Source: Psilocybe cubensis
Lineage: Eukaryota
Length of the DNA stretch: 64,000 nucleotides
Assembly: GCA_017499595.2 (NCBI GenBank)
Contig: CM039002.1
Span: 2,356,001 to 2,420,000, forward strand
Direction: 5' to 3'
Of this stretch, positions 37,878 through 48,948 are shown one piece after another (the first letter of the stretch is position 1; every line of letters begins with the position of its first letter). Position numbers and translations under genes: made by a program. The notes under the pieces are model-generated. The model had not been told where the DNA came from, ran no database searches, and was given only the letters and a program-made list of their open reading frames with translations.

Positions 37878-38192
37878 TATCGCTCTCTGCGACTTGTAAG
37901 TATGAGAGGAGAGTAACAAAAGTATCGCGCGATATCTTTCGTTTGAATTTGTTGTTTAATCATGCTGTATATTATAGAGGAATGTTTTTTTACTACTCGT
38001 GCTGTCACGGTGCCGTGCTGCGCTCGTATTCCAATTCCGAAAGCCAGCGCTTAGTGACGGCAGTTTCCGCATTGGGCGCTGATCTGTGCATATCTGGGCG
38101 CTTACTTTGCTCAACACTTTACATTTGGACGTCGACCATCGATTATTATCGTCTCCACAATCTCCTTCGCCAAAAAACTCTTTATATTACAC

Positions 38193-39500
38193 ATGAACTC
38201 TTCTTTCGATAAGGTGCCATTAGAAATCAGCGATATGATAATTGACTCGGTTGCGCAGGATGACGACGGAAAGTGCACTAACCTCAAAAACTGTTCAATG
38301 GCTTGTAAAGGTTTTCTTCCTCGCTGCCGGAAACACATCTTCACTTCTATTGAGGTTACCACTCGAAACCTCGTACGATTTGTCGAACTCGTTGATAACT
38401 CGCCGAGGATTGCATTGTGTATCCGGAGTCTCAGCTTCTTTGTTGATTTGGACGCTTTCAACAAAATTCCTTCAATTTCACTTCAGTATATCACGAATAT
38501 ACGACTTTTATCGGTGCAAGTTGCGTGTGGGGAGGAAGAAAGTATGTGGACACGTGTTAACCCACCAGTCCGTTCTGCAGTCCTGCGCCTCATGTGTCTA
38601 CCAACCCTCTCAGCTCTTGGCCTCTGCTGCATAACAGGGATTCCTCCTTCCTGTTTTGTGTCATGTCATAACCTAGAGTGTTATGTTCACGCTGTCGAAT
38701 TCGGTTACGATGAGTACGATACACCGGTAACTATTTCACCATCGGCAACGTCTAAATCTACGAATGCTATAAAATTACGCAGGCTTGTTCTTGTTGGCTA
38801 TGTCGATAACTTGATCAGCACTTATCAGAGAGGCAAAATGATTGGCAGGCCCTTGTTTGATTTGAGTGGCCTAGAACAAGTCACATTCCATCTGTCGGAT
38901 TTGGAGCAATTTCTCAATATTGACCAACTCCTTTATGATTCGCACAACTTGGAAACTGTGCAAATCTGTATGGAAAGTGCGTGTTTCTAATATGAAGCTG
39001 ACACCTTCCTGATTTATTTAATAATTTAAATAGATATATCCATGTTGAACTGTATCGAATCCTTTGTGGGCATTTTCCTGCCGTCCTTGAAAAATCTTCA
39101 CATTCACATAAGCTCCTTATCCCTGATATCCTCTGGAGTCGACACCATATCTCTTCTTTGCCAACAGATTCAGACAATTGCGCATGACAACGTCATCCAA
39201 TATCTGAGCCTAAACCTCCTCGCTGACCACAATCTCGGTCTTCGCTTGGAGGAATTTCAATGGGATGCATTTGACCAAGTTCTCCTCGCCCCCAATCAAT
39301 GGCTGTCTTTGGAGCAATTTGATCTTTGGGTGTATGTAAATTACTCTGCGGAGCATCCAGTCGACAAGCCAGCCTTCGAGAAACTCGTGGAGAATGTCCG
39401 GGCTTCCAAGATATCTAATCTGATATCAAACAAGTTGTTCAAGTTTAGAGCTTTCTTTGATCCTGACCCCCAGGATCATTACACGTATTTTGGCGCATAG
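38193..39500 (+). CDS. F-box-like hypothetical protein (agaric expanded family), copy 1
   Basis: VPLEISDMIIDSV..LKNCSMACKGFLPRCRKHIF; intron ~38979-39033. Confidence 0.75.
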
Positions 39501-39798
39501 TTTCTTGATTTTACAAAACGAACCAAATTAAATTTTTGAGGTAATTAGTTACTGTAGCTGTAGAAATTTTATTTCAGTGATACTAAGACCGTGACATCTG
39601 GCAGTGGTACTATATCTAACTTCAACCTTACAGATTTCTACAGATTTTGGTTGTATACCAAGTTCTGGAGACCGAATGGATTACTGTGTCCGCGCGTCCG
39701 CCGGACATCCGCCGGACAGACTCACGTGACTACCTCGTCACGTCGTGTCTCAATCTACATTGCGCGCGCTCTCGCGCGCTTTGTATATATACTCAACA

Positions 39799-39900
39799 AC
39801 CCTAATCCCTAATCCCTAATCCCTAATCCCTAATCCCTAACCCTAATCCCTAATCCCTACACCCAACCCTAAACTACCTAATCCCAACCCTAAACTAACT
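39799..39900 (+). repeat. Telomere-like (CCCTAAT)n/(CCCTAA) tract within the MITE
   Basis: About 8 near-perfect units followed by degenerate copies. Confidence 0.9.
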
Positions 39901-39950
39901 AACTAATTAATCCAACCCCAAGAAATAAAACAAACTGCTCAAATATGGCA

Positions 39951-40397
39951 AGCACTGGAGTGGTGAGATTGAAACTAAAAATTCCACCACTGCAGTGGTA
40001 TAAGTTATGTAGACTATTCCACCACTTCAGTGGTCAAAATCATGTACACTATTCTAGCACTTGAGTGATATAAGATACATTCAAAATCTTACCACTCCAG
40101 TGGTATAGGAATTATAAAAGTAGTAATAATTACTATTCTTAGCATTGTATTTATTCTATATAACACAATTATGACCACTGCAGTGGTGGAATACAACAAG
40201 TCAATTTCAGCACTGAAGTGGTGAACTCCAACATATTAATTTCACCATTTCAGTGGTGAAAACTAACATGTCAATTTCACCACTGAATTGATCATACTTA
40301 CATGCTGTACTTGATCACTGGGGTGATCAAATTTATATGTCGGATTTGACCACTTCAGTGGTGAAAACTAACATGTCAATTTCACCACCGCGGTGGT
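39951..40397. repeat. Array of 12 palindromic 14-mers (ACCACTNNAGTGGT) at 35-bp period
   Basis: Starts at 39951, 39986, 40021, 40056, 40091 and 40174, 40209, 40244, 40279, 40314, 40349, 40384. Confidence 0.9.
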
Positions 40398-40682
40398 CAC
40401 GTGGGTCACGTGCTGTCCGCCGGACACTCCGTCCGGCGGATATTTTGATTTTAATAATCCATTCTATCTGAAGTTCTGTACCACTTTACCAGTTCGAAAT
40501 TATTTCAATTATGACTATATTACTATGTAGTGTGCTAACACCTTCACTCAGAGTTTGGTTGCGGTTTGAATAAAAGGATGATACGTCAGTCGTGAGTGAT
40601 GACTACCGCAAAAGGCAGATAATTCAAACTCAGTATTTGCTAGAAACCTTCATCCCGTCCCAACTTGATTGACTACACTATC

Positions 40683-42013
40683 ATGAGAACCCTTCACGAA
40701 CTTATGCCGCTTGAAGTAGTTGAAAGTATCGTTGACATGATAGCCGAGGATCACAACGAAAAAAGCCAAAATCGCTCGGAAACTCTCAAAGCATGCGCGC
40801 TCTCTTGTTCAACATTTCTGCCTCGCTGTCGGACACATTTGTTCATGGAAATGAATGTTTACCACAAACGTATCCTCTCAAACTTTTACAAACTTCTTGA
40901 AAACACGCCATGGATAGGACATTATATTCTCCGCCTATCATTATCTGTTGATGTGGTCTCTTTGACCAAACTTATTCCACCAGCACTGGAGGCATTTGCT
41001 CACATCACACGCTTGCAAGATTTAACGCTCGAAATTGGTACGATCGACCAAAGGGCCAGTTGGAATTCCCTTTCCACTTCTGTTCAATGCATTCTCCAGC
41101 GTTTCATACGTCTTCCGACCATCGATACTCTCACTTTGGTCAATATCTATGACATCCCAGCTATCGACATGACATCTCGCAAGAGGCTTGACTTCCTTAC
41201 GATTATAGGTCCGGTTAGTTTTCATGAAGAACATCGAAAAGATACAACAGCACTCTCAAGTGCTCCAAAACTGCTAGGACTCGCTTATTCCCCACGGCTA
41301 GCCCAGCCTTCGCTCAACATATTCACCAAGGGGAAGCCACCTTTCGATCTCGGGGAGCTCAAATATTTTTGTTGTTATTGGGCAGGTATAGATGAGTTTT
41401 ACCGTCTTCTTTTTGAGAATTCTCCGAACCTGCAAAACATCCACATATGCATCAGAAGTTCGTCAAATTTCTAGTTTTGGTACACCGTTGTTAATCTAAT
41501 CTCTTCTGATCGATTATGCCAGATGGTTTTCATGATCAGCCTACTGGACTCGGCCACTGTCTGAGCTTTTCGTTGCACTCATTGGTGAATTTGTACATAA
41601 ATGTAGACCCTTATTTCTCGTTCCTGGGCGACGAAGAGTCTAACTCGCTATTCAAACTTTGCCTCGAACTTCGGGAAATTGCTCGCGACAACCGTATCGA
41701 ATATCTCAGTATCAGGCTTCTCTTGCAAGCTTCTAGTCAGCGTGAAGTTGAAGAAATCCCATGGGGCCGTCTCGATAACCTTCTCCTCGTACCTAACACT
41801 TGGACAACATTAAAACAGTGTGATCTTTGGGTCTATCTCGACCAAGATAATCACTATGGGTCAGATATAAATTCAGAAACGTTCCTGACGGCGGCAAGGA
41901 ATGTCCAGGAGTCACAGCTATCAAGGCTTATATCTAACAAGTCGTTCAAGTTCAACTCGTTTTTCAATGTCGGTTCTAAGGACTACTTCGTATTCATGGG
42001 GGTGACACATTAA
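40683..42013 (+). CDS. F-box-like hypothetical protein, copy 2
   Basis: MPLEVVESIVDMI..LKACALSCSTFLPRCRTHLF; same intron position and C-terminus (LISNKSFKF..FF) as copy 1. Confidence 0.75.
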
Positions 42014-42261
42014 GTATTCGTTCAGTTTTGTTCAATTGTTACGACATTCATGCAATTGTATTTGTTGGAATGCTCATCATGTAAGCTATACCATCGGCAG
42101 TTTTGATCCCTGCTACTTGGAGACAAAAGCGTAGGTTGACCCTAGCTTTCTATCTCACGACCATTCCAAGTCAAACGTTCTGAATTGTTTTTGAACTTGT
42201 CAACCTCACACAAGGCTCCGTCACTTGCTCTGGCATTTATTAATGAACGGAAGCGGCGAAG

Positions 42262-42374
42262 ATTGTCCAGGAGTCGCAGTTGTCAAGGCTCATATTCAAC
42301 AAATCGTTCGAGTTTAACTCATTTTTCAATGTCGGCGATCGGGACTACTTCTCATTCATGGGTGTGACATACTA
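42262..42374 (+). pseudogene. Duplicated 3' end remnant of the F-box-like gene
   Basis: Direct repeat of ~41901-42013 (VQESQLSRLIFNKSFEFNSFFNVGDRDYFSFMGVTY*). Confidence 0.75.
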
Positions 42375-42615
42375 AATATACGTGCGATATTCATTGGCCA
42401 ACAAAAAAAGGCGACCTTACGGCTGATAGGCGCCCACGATTTGCCATCCCTCCTGCCGATACCACGTGCAAGAGGAATGATACTTCAAACACAAGATAAT
42501 GTTATCATACAATATGAAATGCCGAACATATACAGTAAGAAACAAAACCCAACAAAGTAGAGAATAGCAAGGTATGCACGCGTACGAAAGCAAAGTCAAG
42601 AGTTCTAACTATTCT

Positions 42616-45600
42616 TCAAAACTGACCAGGACCACCCCAGGGTTGGTGATTCATCCCTCCCATATTTCCCATTCCCATTCCCATCCCCATCCCCATACTC
42701 ATCACCGTAGGATCCCATTGTTGCTGCTGGCTTTGTTGGAGGTTGTGGTTAATACCCATGCCCATCTGCTGCATCATCCCAGGATTCATGGCCATACCCA
42801 TGTTAATGTTCCCCATTCCCATATTCATGTTTCCGGTGCCCATGTTCATCGCCATGTTTCCAAGACCCATACCCATGCCACCCATACCGCCTCCTCCCAT
42901 ACCAATATTATTTATCCCGCTGCGGTTACGGGCGCCTAAATTCATCCCTGCCCCCAGGCCCATGTTCACACCCATGCCCATGCCCATGCCCATGCCCATA
43001 CCCATGCCCCCGCCACCCACTACATCTTCCATTCCACCTGCGAAAGAGGACACCGACGGCGCTGGGGCGATTGAAAGTGGAACGCCGCCACTCATACCGC
43101 CCGCCGCACTCATAGGCTGCGCCATCAGCGCCGCGTTCCCGTTTCCATGAATGTGAACATTCGGATTTGCAACGCCTATAGGCACCGCGCCCATACCCAT
43201 GTTGTTCATACCCATACCCATGTTTCCCATACCCATGCCCATACCCATGTTCCCCATCCCAACACCGCCCATTCCGACCCCCATCCCCAACGCAGGATTC
43301 ATACCCATGCCCATATTCCCCATACCCATACCCATGCCCGCGCCGGGCATGCTCATTGGGACGGCATGCATACTGTTCATACCACCGACATTGTTTCGCC
43401 CTCCCCCTCCTCCATTGTTGTTATTAATATTATGATGACTCCCGCCGTTGAAGCGGGGAGCGCTCATGCTCATTGGCGTGGCCATGGGCTGAGCCATCAT
43501 ACCCATATTCCGTCCACTACCACCACCACTCATGCCCATACCCATAGTTACTCCACCACTTCCTCCTCCTCCTCCATTGCCGGCACCTCCACCGCTGCCA
43601 CCACCACCACGCACAGGCGACTTGGGCCTCAACGCGTCGATCTCGGCGGACATGGGCACCACCGCCTTACTCTGGCCATTCGCGCTCGCGCTCGCAGGAG
43701 GTGCGATCGTCCCAGGTGCAGCGGCAGCAGCAGCCGCGAGCGAGCGCAGTCCCTCTTCCCATGTGTCCTGGTTCCACCGCGTCGCGACAATGCCAGGGAG
43801 TGCATTGGCACTCGCGCTGTCGGCGTCGGCGTCGGTCTCCATCTGCGCGTCGTCTGTGTCCCTTTGCGAGTCGTTAGGGGCGTGGTCAGAGGTGCCACCC
43901 TCTTTATCCTCCTCTTTTTCCTTGTCCTTACGACTCTCATTACTATTCATCACCATACCCGTCACGTCGGGCACACGGACTCTGCCGTCTGCAGGCAAAG
44001 CCTTCTCCTGCCCCGGCGAGAGCGCAGTGACCCACCCGCGGCGCAGCGACGAGCCCAGCTTGCCGAAAATTTCGAGGCGCCGCATGCCGAGGCAGAAATT
44101 TTCAATCAGGGTGTACATCTCGGGCGGCTTGCGCGTCGGGTCGAGCGGGTCGCCCTCCCAAACGATCACATCCGTGTCTGAAGAAGAAAAGGTAAGTATT
44201 AGTGGTGGAGGTGGAAGTATTAACAAAAGGCTGAAGGTCGAAAGCTTCTCCACGAGTACAGATAATGGCACCCTATACGCGAACATAGGCGGACATCGTA
44301 CATGTCATATGTTTAGTCGGTTGTATGCTCGATAGTTGAGATAGCAGGCTTGACACCCAAATATTCTACTCTTTCAAAAATAATCTGGGTGTATTGGGAC
44401 GCGTATGCCAAACACTCCTTTTTCAACACACAATGGTGAGCGCTTGCAGTGTACTTCTCAACCAAGATGAGTTGGGCCGGCTACAAGAGTTTTAGTAGAA
44501 ATGATGTAGCGTTCGCCTGGAGGTTTAAAGGGACGATGATGTTGTTTGTTTCGTAACAATCAAGGTTCCACCGGAAACAGACAAAATTGTGATGGTGGTA
44601 ACAAAAGAAGACACTCACCAACGTTGCAGTGCACAAACCAGCTGTCCGTCGACCGACGCACCGTGCCACGGATGCCCATCAGACAATGTTGCTTCGTACG
44701 CGTGAGCATGGACGTGGTCGGCGGGTCCATTCCTGGGCCTCTTTCCCCCTCTCCCTTCTCCTTATTCGTACGCACCCACACGACATCTTCGCATCGCCTG
44801 TACCCCCACTTCGCCAGCACCTCGCGACCTCGCTCAAGGCCCTCGCCCGCGCCGCTGCCGACCCACAAGAAGACGAAGCTGGGGTCCGCCGCGAGCGATG
44901 GGATGGGCAAGTCTTGCACGTTGTCCCAGGTAAATCCACTGGAGGAGTAGGGCGGGTCAATGAGGATGACGTCGAATTTGGACGGGTGGAGGGTAGATAG
45001 TGAGGTGTTTACGTCCGAGTTTGAGATGAGTGGGATATAAGTAGGCGGTAGCGAATATTGATTCACCGACGCCTTTTTTAGTTGCAGCAGGCGCTGCTGC
45101 TTCGGGTACCTGTATCGTTGTAAAATAATAGGATCGAATTCAGCTTTTATTATTAATAAAGAAACGCACTCCTCGAAGCGCCGCTCGGGCTCCGCACCCA
45201 GGACCCAGTTTTGTGGCCATTCGCCTGAGTCGACATACCGCTGCGAGTAGTCGTTGCGAATCGTTTCTTCCTCGGGGACGTAGTTCTTATAGCGCTGCAA
45301 CCGGGCACGCTTTGCGGGCGGTAGGTCAGGGCGGTTGAGCCGCTGCTGCTCCGCCCAGTCGGCCTCATCATCATCATCATCATCGTCGTCGTCGTCATGC
45401 ACGTCCGGGCCACGGTATGCTTCCTCCTCCTCCTCAGAGTCATATGAGCCTGGATACTCCTCTTCCTCGTGGTTTTCGCCACTAGCATCGGGAACCGGAA
45501 TCAGGGGCAAGGCCTGCAATGCCTCCACACGCGCACCCAACTGCAACTCTAACAAACGCTTGCGCCGCTCCTCTTGCTTCAGTCGCTCGCGGTGGAGCAG

Positions 45601-45819
45601 CGCCGCATGTGAGCTAAGAAGCGCAGTTGCGTCTGCGAGGGCTTGCGAGGTGTCGGTCAGGGATGTTGTGGTATGAGTGTGGTTGAGAGTGTGCCCGTTG
45701 GTGTTGGTATGTGCAGCACGCGAGTGGATTGCGGGCGACTCATTGTCGCTGGATAATGAGGAGTGCAGCGTCGCTGACGAGGGCGTCGACGACGGAAGTA
45801 CGGCGGCGGCGGTCGCCAT
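42616..45819 (-). CDS. METTL14: MT-A70 family m6A methyltransferase subunit, METTL14/Kar4 type
   Basis: IRNDYSQRYVDSGEWPQN, RFEEYPK, FDVILIDPPY, FLWVGS, WGYRRCEDVVW, TKQHCLMGIRGTVRRSTD..VHCNVDTDVI, IENFCLG.RRLEIFG. Confidence 0.9.
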
Positions 45820-46232
45820 TATTGTTCGTTGCTGTTGTTCGTCGATTGGAGAGGTTGTTAGATTCACCTAGTGATTGCACACCGTGGTACACACTAATTG
45901 TCAATATCAAGTAAGCTTTTAGTATTGCTTGAAAGTTGGGACTTGGTCTTGTTTCCTAGGGAGAAGCTTGTGTCCTTCTTTCGTCCAGATAGCCACTGAG
46001 TTAGGCGCTGGCGCTTGAAGCTTTGGCGCTTTGCTGACTCCTGGCAAGGCAAAGAGGAAAAGCCCCTGGAGAACCATTAGTCGGAGTCCGTAATTGGTCT
46101 AACTCCGACTTATAGCCGGTCTCTCACTCCGAAGCGACATCCTCCCAACTCCGAATCCTTTGGGGCAGGTTGCAGGACCTCTTGTGCGCGTATTCTTCAT
46201 GTAAAGACTGGAGGACGCAAGAGTACCCAACA

Positions 46233-48855
46233 ATGTCGACACTATTCAGGCACTTTCGCGTGCACCAAGTTTTCGGAGCGAACACCAATGTCGGAAAAAC
46301 AATCCTTACGACTGCACTAGTCCGGGCATCTGCTCAGCGAGGAAAGAACGTGTATTATCTCAAGCCAGTCAGCACTGGACCTCTAGAGGATGCCGATGAC
46401 TAGTAAGGCCAATCGAAATCTCCCTCTCAGGTACACTCAACGCCAACTGCAGCCATGTTAATCGGCACACCGCCGATTACAAGAAATCTGTACATGCAGA
46501 ATGCCTATTCCGATACGATGAACCAGTCAGTCCGCACCTCGCTGTGAAGATGAAGGCAGATTTAGAGGGGCAGGATGTCATTTTGGTACGCTTGGTTTTT
46601 ATTGTAGTCCTGAGCTAGGCTCAAATGAATGTTCCAGCCGCCTTCAGACGGAACCTTCCTCGATTCTGTTGCAAATCGCATTAGAACATATGCAAAATCA
46701 TCTTTAAATCCTACTCATATGTACTTGGAAACTGCCGGAGGCAAGTTATGATTATCTAATTCAAGTAGTTTTATGCCAATAAGCTAATGAATGAATTCTT
46801 CTAGGTGTCCACAGTCCTGCACTCTCAGGAACAAGTCAAGCCGATTGCTATCGTCCTTTATTCCTCCCCACAGTGCTCATCGGAGACTCCAAGCTGGGTG
46901 GTATCTCATCAACAATCTCATCCTACGAATCTCTACTCCTCCGAGGATATATTATTGACGCCATTGTGCTATTCCGAGACGATTACTACCAAAACGCGGA
47001 ATACCTGAAGCCCTACTTTGCAGAACGCGGCGTTTTCGTGCATACCGTCAATGCACCTCCAGAGAGGCTATCGGATCTCGCAGCAAATTTCACCTCCACA
47101 GACAAATACTACGCGACGATCACGGCCTTGGACACGGAACATGGTGTGGGCCCTGTCGTTGACCACCTCGATGTCTGTCACTCCAAACGTTTGGACGAAC
47201 TCGAGTCCATGCCCAAGCGTGCACATGACAGCATCTGGTGGCCCTTTGCACAGCACGGGCTGATGAAGGGAGAAAAGGACGTCACAGTAATCGACAGCGC
47301 GTATTCGGACTTTTTCAGCATCACGAACAAATCCGCATCCTCTCCCACAGAGAGCATCCTTGAACCCCAGTTTGACGGTTCAGCTTCGTGGTGGACGCAG
47401 ACTTTAGGACACGCGCACCCGTCGCTCACTTTGGCAGCAGCGAAGGCAAGTGGTCGGTATGGACACGTCATGTTCCCTCAGTCTGTCCATCTGCCCGCGT
47501 TGAAACTAGCTGAGAGGCTGGTGAAAGGTGGTCCAGGTAAAGGGTGGGCCAGTCGCGCGTTCATCTCCGACAATGGGTCGACCGGAATGGAAGTCGCGTT
47601 AAAAATGGCGCTGAGAGCGTTCACCTCTCGTCAGCAAACGGAAATAAAGGAAGACGAAAAGAAACAGCTTGGAATTCTAGGACTCAAGGGAAGCTATCAC
47701 GGAGACACGATTGGTGCTATGGACGCATGCGAGGAGGGCGTATACACCTGCGAATGGCATAATGCGAAAGGGTACTGGTTCGACCCGCCCACCGTCGGCA
47801 TAAAAAACGGAGAAGTTTTCATCACAGTCCCCGCCACCTTGTCGTCCTTCCCAATCTCACACGATGTCCGCGCAGACTCTCTAGCGAACGTGTATGACGT
47901 TGAAAACCGCATCAATTCCTCTCTTGCTAGAGCGTATGCGATGTACATCACACGCGCTCTCGAGGCCCTAGAAAAGCGCGGTGGGCCCAAACTCGCAGCT
48001 CTGGTTCTCGAACCGTTGCTGATGGGTGCTGGTGGCATGATATTCGTCGACCCCCTTTTCCAGCGCGTACTCATCGATACAGTCCGCGGACGACGCTCAG
48101 GCTCGTCCACCAGCTGGTCCGGCCTTCCCGTCATCTTCGACGAAGTCTTCGTTGGCCTGCACCGCATCGGCATGGAGAGCACCGGCCCCTTGCTAGGCGT
48201 TTACCCCGACATCTCAGTCAACGCCAAAGTGCTTACAGGCGGACTTCTCCCACTTGCCGTGACTCTTGCTTCCAACTCCATATTCGAGGCGTTCTTGAGC
48301 GACAGCAAGGCCGACGCGCTGCTACACGGCCACTCGTACACCGCTCATCCGATAGGATGTGAAGTAGCCAATGAAACGCTCGCGATACTTGACAAAGTGA
48401 CCAAGAGCGACGAGTGGGTTGCTGCTCAGCAAAGCTGGGCGAAGCCTGACGGGACAGCGAGCCCTGTATGGAGCTTGTGGGATCCACACTTTATCATTGC
48501 CATTTCCAAGTTGCCACAGGTCAAAGAGGTTATGACCCTCGGCTGCGTTTTATCAATCAAAATCAAAGATGATGCATCTGGTAAGAAACAAACATCCAAT
48601 CCGGACATAGTATCCATTACTCACTTTTTTTTCCAATATTCAGGCTATACCTCGCATTCAGCCCAGACCCTGTTCCAATCTTTGACCCGTGCCTCTCAAG
48701 AGGACGGCACATTATCAACAGCACCAGGCGGAGCTGCCTTTGGCATGCACTTCAGAACACTGGGCGACGTCGCATATTTCATGACGAGCTTAAACACCAG
48801 CTCGACAGTCATTAGATCTATAGAAGACAAAATATGGCAAACTCTCAACGAGTAA
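46233..48855 (+). CDS. BIO3-BIO1: Bifunctional dethiobiotin synthetase / DAPA aminotransferase
   Basis: GANTNVGKT P-loop, ETAGGVHSP, DGSASWWTQ, YHGDTIGAM, FDEVFVG, AKVLTGG, HGHSYTAH. Confidence 0.95.
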
Positions 48856-48948
48856 AAAAAATACATAAAGTGTAATCCAACAAAAACAAATAGAAAAAGA
48901 AAAAAAAATCCTTAAAATACAACACATACAGATATATTAGCTGAGGAA

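Larger units (their letters stand above)
39668..40470. mobile_element. 803-bp MITE with 16-bp imperfect TIRs and 8-bp TSD
   Basis: AAGTTCTG at 39660-39667 and 40471-40478; ends GAGACCGAATGGATTA / rc CAGATAGAATGGATTA. Confidence 0.8.

Noticed and set aside
39799-39900. Chromosome end or fusion telomere
   Set aside because: Short, mostly heptameric, internal to a MITE and flanked by ordinary genes.
39951-40397. True CRISPR array
   Set aside because: Eukaryotic context, no cas genes, 14-bp degenerate repeats, mutually related spacers, and located inside a TSD-bounded element.
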